From positions 930,001 to 994,000 of the forward strand of contig JBLDXI010000004.1 of the NCBI GenBank assembly GCA_047495785.1: DNA of 64,000 bases. The letters run 5' to 3'. Shown piece after piece: positions 36,301-47,700 of the stretch. The notes under the pieces are model-generated. The model made no database searches and was not told the origin of the DNA. It saw nothing but the letters and a program-made list of their open reading frames with translations. Position 1 is the first letter of the stretch. The number at the start of each line of letters is the position of its first letter. Source of the DNA: Lepidodermella squamata (taxonomy: Eukaryota > Animalia > Gastrotricha). The translations under genes and the position numbers were made by a program.

Positions 36301-39300
36301 ATGGAAAATCTTAAAAAATCTAAAAAATTCCCAGCGAAATGAAATTAATCATGAACGACATTCTGGGAATAAATTTGCAGATCATCGATTCTATAGAATC
36401 ATAGATTCTATAGATTCATGTATACATGAATTTAATCGAGGCGATATGGCCTTAAAATTTCACAATAAATGTACGAGAGCGATCAATCGCGGCTCAATAA
36501 ATTATGGCAAAAATCATCAAAAGTCGACCCGCAAATTGAAATAAAAACTAGATAACTGCTTCAAATGCGCGAGTGAAACACTGTTGCGTAATAGAATTAA
36601 GACAGTGCATTGTTGATCAACGCAAAAATGAGGTCGATCGGCATTTGTCAATTTTTCATCCTGCTTTTCACTTGTTTAACTCATCCTTAATAAAAAAAGT
36701 CGTGTATTTAATTAACCTTAAGCACTTATTGATATTCAATCTTTCGATTTCCTGTCGCAATCTACCTAGATGAAACTGAAACATCGACAAGATGCTCATA
36801 TCGCCCAGGTAAAATTCACTTTTTTAGCAATCTCAAAATGAATTTTTTTAATTTTCCAGTCCAGATTTAGGTGATTAAAATTCGCCTGGAAATTCGCATG
36901 AGGTTAAGCCGATCATGCAGTTCTATACCGATCTGATTCCCGGGTAAAAGTGTTTTTTTCAGAATTTTCCATTAATTTCTCTCAATCGAAATCTGTTCTT
37001 GTAGGACCTGGAAAACTCTGATTTCCGGCTAGGGCCTTTACCGGGTGATCCAATGCCGACCGGCATTGAACAATGCGATTATTAGTACCCTTTTCAACCT
37101 ACCTATTGGACTATTAGCGGTTTGTTTTTTTCCAAAATTGAGGTTTTCACGCGATAGTGTCAATTATTTTATTCAAATTTTAGTTCAGACATTTTCAGTG
37201 AAATAAATTACCGTAGTTACCGAAATATAAGCCCCCACTCGTTTAGATGCCTGTCTCGATTAGAAGCCTAGGTAAATTGAAATTCGTCGATGCATAGTCC
37301 TATCTCGAATAGTAGCCTAGGCTACTACCGCACGTGTGCTCTGCTGCGCTGAACGGTATTTAAAAACGAAAAATGCGTGAAGATATGTAACAATCTGCTG
37401 TTTATGATGATTTTAGTGAAAGCTTTCCTTATTAGTCTTGATTTCCAGCTATTAGACGACCTAGCTAATAACTAATAATGAATACTTTGATGAGTTTTTA
37501 GATTGAAAGACGGAAAGTAACGTCAGGTCTCCGTTGCATAAGCCTATCTCAAATAGAAGCCTAGTCTTGAATAGAAGCCTACTTTTCCCCATTTTTCGAG
37601 GTATCATTTTTGTATAAGCCCGGTATCTAATTTATTCGCTGTAGATTCTGGTCGATTTACCACAAACCAATGCCTTGCAATCAATCGTTTACCGAACTCA
37701 GCGCTCTGATTTCCGATTTACGATAGTCGGCCAACAATTCGAGGTTCGTGGGTTCGATTTCCACATAGCTCATGATTCTCATTCTGGTTTGCCTGCTATA
37801 AAATGAGTGAAAGGGCGCCGAAATTTGAAAGAATTTGAATTAATTTTCACTTGAAAAACAATAATTTCTGATTTTTCAATTTTCCAATCAATTTTTTTAT
37901 AGGTATTTCAAAAAATCGGAAGAAAATTATCCCAAGGAGAATTTTATTAATTATTTTTATTTTAAAAATCAATTTTTTCAATAATTAACCTGCTGCATAT
38001 TATTCTCAAATTTTATTAAAAATCGTTTCTTGTTTTTGTATTAAAAATCTATTTCGAAAATTTACTGAATTTTTTTCTCATGCAGATGATGTCCGTTACT
38101 GGGTATGCGGTTGGATGCGAGAATTGGCGTGTGGCAGTGACGATGCTGATCACTTCTTCTGGTGGTGGCTATCCATTAATCATGAACATTTTTTTTATTT
38201 ATTCTCATGATTTATTTTGATCTCGTGATATTTCAATAATGCATGATTAATTTCAAATTTCTGATTCTGAGCAATAAAAATGAATTCGAAATCTGATGTT
38301 GAGTTCTTGTACCAAAAACGGGGTAAAAGAGTGGGAAAAAGAGCTGGAGGACCAATGTAAGGCCAAATAAAAGCTGAATTTTCACCCCATGCATGACCAC
38401 TGACAGCCACTTGGTTGGCCATGGCATGGCCATTTTGCCTGGTAATTTTGGCCCACCGTTGCCCATTCCAAGTTGGCCATGGATGGACCATCATGCGGCC
38501 ACGAATTTTGGGGCCACCTGGACCCAAATATGAGTGATATCATTTTGGCCCACCGTGGAGTAGTTTTTTCCGACAGGGGATCACTACGTTCTCTATGTCG
38601 ACCGGGAATTAGGGAGTCCCAAACAGGGAGTTTTGTTATTTTATTTATTCAATTTATTTCTTTAATCAGGGACCTTCTTGATTCGATCATAGCCAATCAT
38701 TGTCCCGTATTTCGTGTTCTATTCCAATATTTCAATTTCCCTTAAATGAAGAAGATATTTTTGCCTCCAACTATTTCTATCGGTTTATAAAATTTGCTAA
38801 AAATCGGATATATTTCGCAATTCAGTATCGCTAATACGCTGGATACGGGGGGTAACAGCGCATTTTGGAAAAAATCCAAAGATTCATCGTGTCGTTTTTC
38901 TGCGGAATTGAATTGAAATCGAAAGCTGATGAATCGCAAATCCACGTTTTGCGGTGGATCTTTGATGAACCATTTGGACTACACAGAAACTTTGAAGACT
39001 GCTAACCAGTAGACGAGCCAATGTTGAAAGGGTTAATCATGGATCCACCGTAAAACGTGGATTCTTCAGCTTTCGATTTACCTCCCAGGACAGTCGCTTT
39101 GTCCAATTTTGAACAGTCCGACGTCATTTTCAAGTCTTGCATGACATTGATTGAGGTTTTATGTTTTCGTGTTTTTCAGTCGCGGTTCCTGTGAGCGAAA
39201 AGCCGCACATCCGCTGTTTCGACTCGACAACTGGCAAATTCAACGGCTGCCGGCCACAAAGCACTGGCTGCTTGGCTAGCAATGAAACTCAGCAATATTC

Positions 39301-40556
39301 GACTAATGTGTTCATCAACTATCAAAGCTGCCTGCTCGGGGTAAGTCTCTTCTAATTTACTTGCAGTTGATGTCTAATTGTTTATTTGAACAGAACGCGG
39401 TTTCATGCAAAGATTCGTCTAACCGAAGTTCATGCTACGCCGCCTGCCCTCGAGACCTATCACAGGTGAAACTTTGAAAACTCACGAATAAATTTTTCTA
39501 TAGGCATGATTCTAAAACAGGTTAAGCTCTTCTCGGACTCGCAATCTTTCCAGCTGAACCACGCCAAGTGCATCAATGAGATAACGCCCAAGGTGAGTTC
39601 ACGTTAACTCGAAATCACGAATGTCGCTAGCTAGTCGCAAGTTCAACTGAAATTACATCTTATGGCATATGGCCTAGTTTGAGCTTGTGGTTTGATGTTA
39701 TAGCAAAAAGGCAATCAGTGTAGCTGCATCGGCTTCAATCGGACAATCGATGCAAGAAGAGCCGTGTTCCATGCTTAACGTGAATGTTCATATAGCTTTT
39801 AAATGTTCAATTCTCAGATCTGCAAAAAGAATGGGATAGTCTCCTAGGACATTTCAATATTTTCAATTTTTTAGAAGTTATTTATTTTTTGATTAATTGA
39901 AAATCAACAACAACAAAATATATGATTCATTTTGTGGGTCTAACGGGAGGGAAAGTGGGGCGTGGCGTGAGGGGCGTCACCTGGCTTTATTATTATCACT
40001 TTAAAAAAAATCAAGAGAACATAAAACGTTCCTTACTGTCCCATGTAAATTTTAGCCGGCTGGGTATTTCCGCTGCGTCGACAACAGCGATGGAACAGTT
40101 CACTGCGTCGCGGCGTCGGCAGGCTGCAATGCGGCAACTCAGCTTCGAATTCCGGCTACTGTGGTCTATCCGGACGAGATCACTTGCAAGAATGTGACTA
40201 AGAAGTTCACGGTGGTGGCTTATACGGGTAACAGAACTGACAGCGCGGCGAAATGCCCCGAAATCAAGGCTACGTTGGCGACGATTCGGTCTGACGCTGA
40301 GCTTGCTGCTGCTAAACAAGCGCTGACGGCGGCGGGGGCTGGTCAAGCTTGGATCGCTCTCAATCAGGAAAACAGCAAATTAAGTTGGGATGATGGCTCC
40401 AGTTTCACTCAAGCCAGCCAGTGGGTTGGTGGTGTTGGCAAATGTGGTTTCATCTCATATTTCTACGCCGCCTATGGTGCTGTCAAAGTCGATGGTTATT
40501 ACTATACGGTAAATAGTTGTAGTATCGGATTACCCGTCTTATGCGAGTCGTTTTAG
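33344..40556 (+). CDS. Cys-triplet/C-type-lectin family copy 6; intact secreted protein of ~438 aa
   Basis: Exons 33344-33508, 33573-33614, 33663-33749, 33842-33925, 33984-34064, 34127-34178, 39180-39340, 39394-39465, 39521-39592, 40056-40556; all GT-AG, one open frame ending VLCESF*. Intron 6 expanded to 5 kb by an insertion. Confidence 0.9.
34610..38597. mobile_element. TIR element with 8-bp target duplication (P-like termini), enclosing a CCC...GGG segment at 34627-38578
   Basis: TCGACCGG|CATAGAGAACGTAGTGA ... TCACTACGTTCTCTATG|TCGACCGG; empty site visible in copy 4 near 21200. Inner CCCTGTCGGAAAAA ... TTTTTCCGACAGGG flanked by GA/GA, with subterminal TTGGTC-n7-GRCCAA-type palindromes. 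Confidence 0.85.
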
Positions 40557-42591
40557 TGATACAATTTTCTTCTGAAGCACGCCTTGTGACTTGTGAGATT
40601 GTCGTAAGAAGCCGAAGTAAAATAATACTTTTCGGGGAAATTATATTCTTTTGACACGTGACAAGTTGATTGATTTTCATCAATGGCCAAGATCGACGGG
40701 CTCCGAAAAATTTAAACCAGAAACTATTAAAACTATTAAATAGCATACAATTCGCGAATATTTATGTGGAGGTCGCAGATTCACGTGAATGAGGACGCAA
40801 ACAAAAATGCTGAAACGCGAAGTTTGGCAATTTTCGACATAGACTGAATCCGATCCCGTTCGATCATGCAAGATCCTGAAATTGAGATGAAAAATTAATA
40901 TCTCTCAGCGGAACCAAAGCCGTAACATGCCAAGAGTCATTTGTTGAATAATTTACGAATTTCAAGCTAGGAAGGAGTTCTGAAATTCCTACCTAATATT
41001 CTTAACAATCTTGAATTTCCCGAAATAATATATTATTTATGGCTCATTTCGGTCTTTAAATTATTTAATTTTTTTCAATTATATTCCATATAAATATTAT
41101 TTTTATAATAAAATGCAGAGGAATCCCCTGAAACTTAATGTGTATCACGCGTAATTGCATCCAATAAATCTATCACCGATTATCGTTTTGAAAAATCGAA
41201 AATCGGTCTCAGGAAAGCAGCATCACAGGCCGCCTTCCAAGCTTTATATTTCTTTCTATGTAGATTTTGTTATCTTATAGCGGAACCAAATTTACGGTGA
41301 GCGGAACCTAATTTGCTGTAGCGGAACCTATCAAAATTCATTTTTTGAATATTTCTACGAAATTTAGGCTAAGGATGAATTTTGAACTGAACACTTCGTC
41401 TTATTGAGAATGTTGCCCTGAATTCACTGGTGAATTTTCTAGAATTATTGTGACCAATCTTGACCTGCAAGAAATGTCAAAAAACCTATTTCAGGCTACT
41501 ACAAAATTCCAAAATTTGGCTCCGCTGACAGGAGGACCCTTGTTATATCGAAAATATCGACAATATTATCTCTACACTTGGTCATAGCCAATTTTTAAAT
41601 GCTGAAAAATTGTACGTGAAACGTGAATTACTCTCTTTGACGAGTTGGCAGGCGATTTTATTGCTTCGAAGATGCCCACGTTTTAATTGATAACTAACAG
41701 AGATAACATGGTAATAAATCGATTTGGGTCACGCCAACGCAGACGGTGTGACCTGATTTATATTACAAGCCTTATATTCGATGTTGTGCGTGCGTTTTAT
41801 TACCAAAACATCACCACATATTATTACTATTATTGTTATCTTACTTGAGAATCGCGTTTTAATGTGGGGCATATTCAAATATTTTTATTATTTTTATACA
41901 GAATTTGATTTTTTGAAAAATTTTAAATGTCGCTTGTTACTCTGCTGGTCAAGGTGCAAATTTTGATAGAATTTTTCCGTAAAATTTGTGAATTTATTTT
42001 AAATCACAGCAACTATTGGATTGCATGACCAGGGCTGATTTGCAGACTCTGTTGACGAATCACTTCAATTATTCGGCGACAAACCTCGCGCCGAAAAAGA
42101 AGAGCGAACTGCGCGCAGTGTCGAAGATGGACTTTTCGATGAGACGGGGATAGCGAGTTCATCTAAAAAAAATTGCGCTCGCGTGCTGCGCACGCTCGCA
42201 TTAATGTCTCACAAGCTGTTACATCCTTTTATTCAAACGAAAATATCGTTCACATTTTCAACTCTCGTCATTGATTCTGTTCTTCGATTAATTTTTATCG
42301 AAAACTTTTGATTTAATACTAAAAATCAATTTCATATCAACAAAAAATAACACGCGATTTGCTTTATTTCATTCATTTCATTTATTTTTTTTACTCTCTT
42401 GGAAAAGTATTTGAAACTTCACTCTATTTTCCATTAAATTATTTTCATTTTCTGCAAAAAGAGCACTTAAAAGTCATTCAGAGCAGGAAGACTAAACTTG
42501 ACGGGGCTTGACGAGCAGTGTGTAATAGGGACAGCCAGGGACAGGTCAGGCACAGGTGACGACCTCCAAACATTCCGCTACAGCAACTACA

Positions 42592-42720
42592 CCAATCACA
42601 GGGCGCGCACATTATAGCGCACAAAAGCCGTCCAATCAGCGCGCGCGCGCATTATAGCGCGCACAAATCGTCCAATCAGCGCGCGCGCGCATTATAGCGC
42701 ACGCAAACTGGCCAATCAGC
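42592..42720 (+). repeat. Short tandem repeat (~40-bp unit, 3 full copies plus a partial), each unit with a CCAAT box
   Basis: CCAATCA-GCGCGCGCGC-ATTATAGCGC-ACAAA unit repeated directly upstream of a GC-rich exon-like region. Confidence 0.75.
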
Positions 42721-42839
42721 GAGCGAGCGCAATGAATTCCAGCTGAGACCGGGATGCCATCCACCCCTGCCAGGGACGACCGGGCCGCGAGGTAGGGATG
42801 ATCCCTGGCATCCCCCCCGGCATCTTCGACACTGACTGC

Positions 42840-43771
42840 GCGACTGCGTCGACCGCGCCATATCCGACCTGGAAAGCGGCTATGAAAACGAACAGCTGTT
42901 GAATAGCATCGTCGAAATTGGCAGGTAACATTCTTTTTTCTCGGAAAAATTCTGTAAAAAACGGTAACATTTCCAGGTACAAAAATATTGCCAAAGAAAT
43001 GTGAGTTTTCGCGATCAATAATATTTTTGCAATTTTAATTTTCATGATTAATTTTAGGAAGACAACCGCGGCAACTTCCGGTGAGCCAGTTTATAAGGGG
43101 CCTGTTACTATTCGGAAGCGGAAATCGGTAACTTTAAAAAAATTTATTAAAATAGTTTTCGAATTTTTCAGAATTTTTTTATTTTATTTTTATTTTCTTC
43201 CTATTTTCGCAGATTTTTTTGCCAAGTGACGAAGGGACGAATAGTAATTCAGATGAGCTTGTTACTTCGGAGTGCTCCTCGTCATCCTTAAACTCGCCGG
43301 CATTTCATTCAAATTATCGATTTCGAGAACGCCAAAGTTCGAAGAAAATCGCTAGAAAATCGCGATATTTCCTCCGCGAAACAATCACAACACCGGCTAA
43401 TCGGTTCTTCTTCACTCCTTCCGAAGGCGTAAGTTGGAAAATATTCGATTCCCAGATTCGATGCAATCAAATAATTGTTACCTGTCAAAAAAATTCATTA
43501 TTCTAATTTCTGTGTACCCGATTTTTTTTAACTTAGGATAAGACTTGAAAAAAACATTAATAATTTCAATCTGAAAAATTATCCTGCTCTAAATTCAGGT
43601 TTTTGCTAAGAAAAATTCGATCAATTTGAAAATTCAAATTTTTTTGTCATTTTGAAATTTATTTTTATATAGACGATCGGATCAGTTTTCGATAGTACTA
43701 CGGTGTTCGACCAAAGCAGCGGCGATGTGTACCTGCCATCAATCGATGTTGAATCCACGTCAACTTATTAA
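42840..43771 (+). CDS. Probable small multi-exon gene of unknown function (Ser-rich, basic); start codon unresolved
   Basis: In-phase GT-AG chain: ...DCVDRAISDLESGYENEQLLNSIVEIG, 43058-43127 KTTAATSGEPVYKGPVTIRKRKS, 43213-43428 IFLPSDEGTNS...PSEG, 43673-43771 TIGSVF...STY*; AATAAA near 43868. Confidence 0.5.
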
Positions 43772-44294
43772 ACTTTCAAGACTCTTTTTTTCGTTCGATT
43801 TATTTCAATAACGAAAATGTAGCAGCAATTTATCTGATAGCTTTAAACAATTTATTAACGACTCTGAAATAAAACACCTTTAAACTGGCATTTCGATGTA
43901 AAAAAATGTTGCTCTTTCAATCTTGTCAATTGCTTTCTACTTGAAATATCCGGTTACAAGGCAGGCAGCTGCTTTCAATGTAGCTAATCGGCTATTAGCT
44001 ATTCAAAATTCGGAAAAATTTCAGAAATCTTTGAAAATTGATTATCCCCGAAATTGTGAAAGGTCAATCATTAAACTGACATTTTTAAAGGTTTTATCCA
44101 ATGTTCCCATTATTTTTCAAAAAAAATTCGAATTTCAATTTTTTCGTAATTTATATGAATTTTTATGAAACCTTGAATGTTATTAGAAAAAATATTTCTT
44201 TGATCACCCTTTATTTGATTTTTTTAAATAATTTTCGAGATTTTTCTAGGACTGTTTAATATCACTTTTTCAAAATCCCAATTCTAATTTTCAG

Positions 44295-44581
44295 GTTCAA
44301 TACGGCTAAAATTACTGAGAGAGGCCTTTGATAGTTATTTTTCGCAAAATGGAACCGCGATTGGCATTGACTCGAAAATCATCGAACAACAGCAGCAGGG
44401 TGTCTACAAGTTGGCTGCTTTACCGCGATTGGCTCGGCTGATCAAGCGGTTCGATCGAGCGGAACGGCACAGTCGATACGTGGCGTGCCTTAAGCGGTAC
44501 GGCCTCAATAAAACGGCTAGGTTAACGCTGTTACTCGTTCAGAGATGCAGCCGCGAAGCGGCAAATCGAATTTTCGAATGA
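44295..44581 (+). CDS. Possible terminal exon of an unidentified gene
   Basis: TTTTCAG acceptor, ~95 open codons (SIRLKLLREAFDSYF...REAANRIFE*), AATAAA at 44611; upstream exons not found. Confidence 0.35.
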
Positions 44582-44794
44582 TTTTATCATTTTCAATATT
44601 TTTCGAGATGAATAAAAAATGATGCGTTATTCCCAGAATGTTTTGAATTGTTACTTTTTCCCACGAGCGGTAATCAGTCGCGTGCTGTCAACGTGGCGCG
44701 GCCAGGAAAAATAATTTTCATGAATCAAAATAATTTTTTTCGGATTTTATTGAGTGGTATTTTTCAATTTATTTTGTTCAATTTTTTTTTTAGA

Positions 44795-47700
44795 ATGATT
44801 AGAGTAGCCGTGATAATTTGTGCGGTATTTATTACTGGCTCGTATGCTCCGCCTCCCACTCCGCTATTCGTAATTTCGCTTTTCTAATTTAATTAAGTTT
44901 TATTTTCAATTATTCCAGGATGCTCCAACTAAAGCTGTTTTGAAACAAATCAATGATCACCTGAGTGATGCTCATGGTTTGGCTAAGGTGAGTCGAAATC
45001 ATTGAATTTCAAAAAAATCTTGAAATTTTGAAAATTTTAAAAATTCCATATAATTTCAAAAAAATTCGTAAAAATTAAAAAAAAAGTTAACAAATTTCAA
45101 CAATGGCATTTTCATGTAATTTTCAATTTTCAAAATAGTAGACGTAAATCGGTTTAAATGGGAATTTAAGGGAATTTAAGGGAATTTATAGAGAATTTAA
45201 TAGAACAAAATTCATAAAAATCATAAAAATTCAATAAGGCTTGAAATCATAATATTTTCAATTTTCATGCCATCAAAATTGTCGTTCTACTTCAAGTTGA
45301 CGAATAACTTTCACCTCTGTTTTTCGATTGCAGAATGCTGATTTTGCGTCGACGCAAGTTATCGATTTTACCGCCAATCAAATGGTGCCGATTTTCAGCC
45401 AGCAACAAGCCGCCATGATTTACAACTACCTGCTGAACCCGAACGGTTTCACGACCCCGGCCGACAGTGTGGTCCAAAAATGGGACAGTCCCATCTTCTA
45501 CAAATTAGACGCTAGTGTACCAGGTAATACAATGAAAATTCGCTCAAAAATTGCATGAACAATTAATTTTCATTTTGAAATATTTGAAATTAAATTTTTG
45601 AAATTTTATCCGATTTAAATTTGTATTTTTCTTTAATATAGCCAGCCCGGACGGTGCTAAAATTGCCAATATTCTGACTGCTTTCGCTGATGCGACGGGT
45701 GTTGCGTTTCAAGAATGGCAAGGGGCGCCCAGCGGTAACGGCATCATCATCGAAAAATCAGACAGGTATGTATAAGCTTGTTTCGCGCGGTTTTAAAGAA
45801 TATTCAAGCGTGAATTTTTGCTGCCAGTGATTACGCGTTTTACGGCAAAATAGCGACCGCCGAGCCGCAGAAAATCTCCTACAGCGACGTGAAAAATTTC
45901 CTACTCGGCCTTCTCATCACTTTCGGCTTCGTGAGTTTCGAAAAATGTTTACAACATTTTTTTGAATATTTTTGAAATTTTAGAAAAATTCGACATAAAA
46001 TAGGATATTATTGAATTTTGCCATTTGACATTCGGATAAAATATCGGGAAAAATGTGGTACAAACGGGTAAAAAACCGAAAATTACCGAGCCGGGTACCA
46101 TCAAATTCCTTTAAGTTAATGATAAGAGCTTCTCTTATCAAAGCCTAAGACATATTTTTATTCGATATAATTTCAGAAATATGTTTCAAAATCTCGAATT
46201 TGAATTTTCAAATTTAATTTTTTTGCGAAATTTGTCTCGCTAATAAATTTTCGAATTTATTTTTTATACAGCCTCCTGAACATACCCGAATCGATCGTGA
46301 TTACTCAATCACCGTTAACTGGGCCGCCATTGCCTGGTGAGTAATTGAAAATTTTCATCTCATTTTAATTTTGAATTTAATTTTCTAAATTTTTCAGGGA
46401 TTATCGTTTTTTATTCGCAAATATTCCGTGGCACGATACGCGAGCTTCGGTGCCGTTTGATTTTGCCTCGGCGTCGCTGTTCAACCCGCATTCGTTTTCG
46501 AACGACATTTTCCTGCGCGCTTTTCTGCCGAAAGATCTGCGCGATCTGGCGACAATTGCCTCGAACAAATATGAACTGTCGCTCGAGGACAAGAAACGGC
46601 TGTACATCCTGCAATGGGGTGAGTAAACCAAACTAGTAGAAGTGATATTATTCGAAAAATTTAAGACTTGGTTATTCCAAGTTCAGAATTTCTATAATTC
46701 TCCGAAAAACCGGAATACTTTCGTGAATTATATGCTTACATTTTTGAGTAATTGAAAAAAATTCCACAGAGAAAAGCGAATTGTTCAGCGAATTTTTTCA
46801 CCTTGGAAATTGGTCGAATTTTATAGCGGAAAATCAATTTATTTATCAGCTGAATCTAAACTTTTTTTTCTAATTTTACATTGCTCAAAATTTAAAAAAA
46901 AATAATGTAATATAAAAAAAGAGGAAAGTAAAGTTCCAAATTTTGATAAATGTGAGCGGCTTTTTCCATTAATTTTGTTAATGCAAAATCCAGACCAAAA
47001 TCAGAAGATGAAGGAAAAATTTTCAGGTGAAACCCAAATTAACCTTGGTCTCATTAAAATTAGAGGTTCCCGAGAAATTTGTGGGATGTTCTTCTGATCT
47101 TGAAATTTCCATGGAAACGTTTTATGCCTTTTTCTGATTTCACCAATGTTTTCGAAAAAAATTCTGTGAAAACTCGGGAAAACCCGATGGTAAATGGATT
47201 GGTATTTTTTGGTTTGTTCCCAATTTTTTCATATCAACAGCCGCTTTTACACGAGAGCGTAAGTATGAAGTGTAATTAATATGTGCATCAATAATAAAGA
47301 CAGAAAATTGAGATTTTATGCAGGTGAGAGAAATTTCGAATTTTTTATGGGTCTAAATAAGTGCACCACCTAAAATGAGGTTCCAGCACTAAATTTGAGA
47401 GTGCGTTTACCTAATTTGCAAACAGCTCGCACTAAATCATTTGGGCACCTAAATATGAGTTCCAGCACTAAATATCAGCATTCAGTGCCTATTACTGTAT
47501 TGTTAATCCCAGGCGAGTCTCTCAGGCAATCTCAACCACGCGCCCTCAGACAATGAATGACAAGTTTTTCACTGTATTCCGTATTACCGGCAGCTCAAGC
47601 CACTTTTATAGTGCTGAAGGTAGGCATGGGTTTACGGTTCCGAGAAAAGTTTAGGAGTTAGGATTAGGATATGATGCACCCGCGATTTTAGGCTCGCTTG

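Noticed and set aside
36765-37090. Small spliced gene inside the 4-kb intronic element
   Set aside because: Splice-like sites are present, but I could not assemble a convincing open frame or recognise a product.
37735-37775. tRNA gene (GGTTCGATT B-box-like motif)
   Set aside because: No convincing cloverleaf; at most a SINE remnant.
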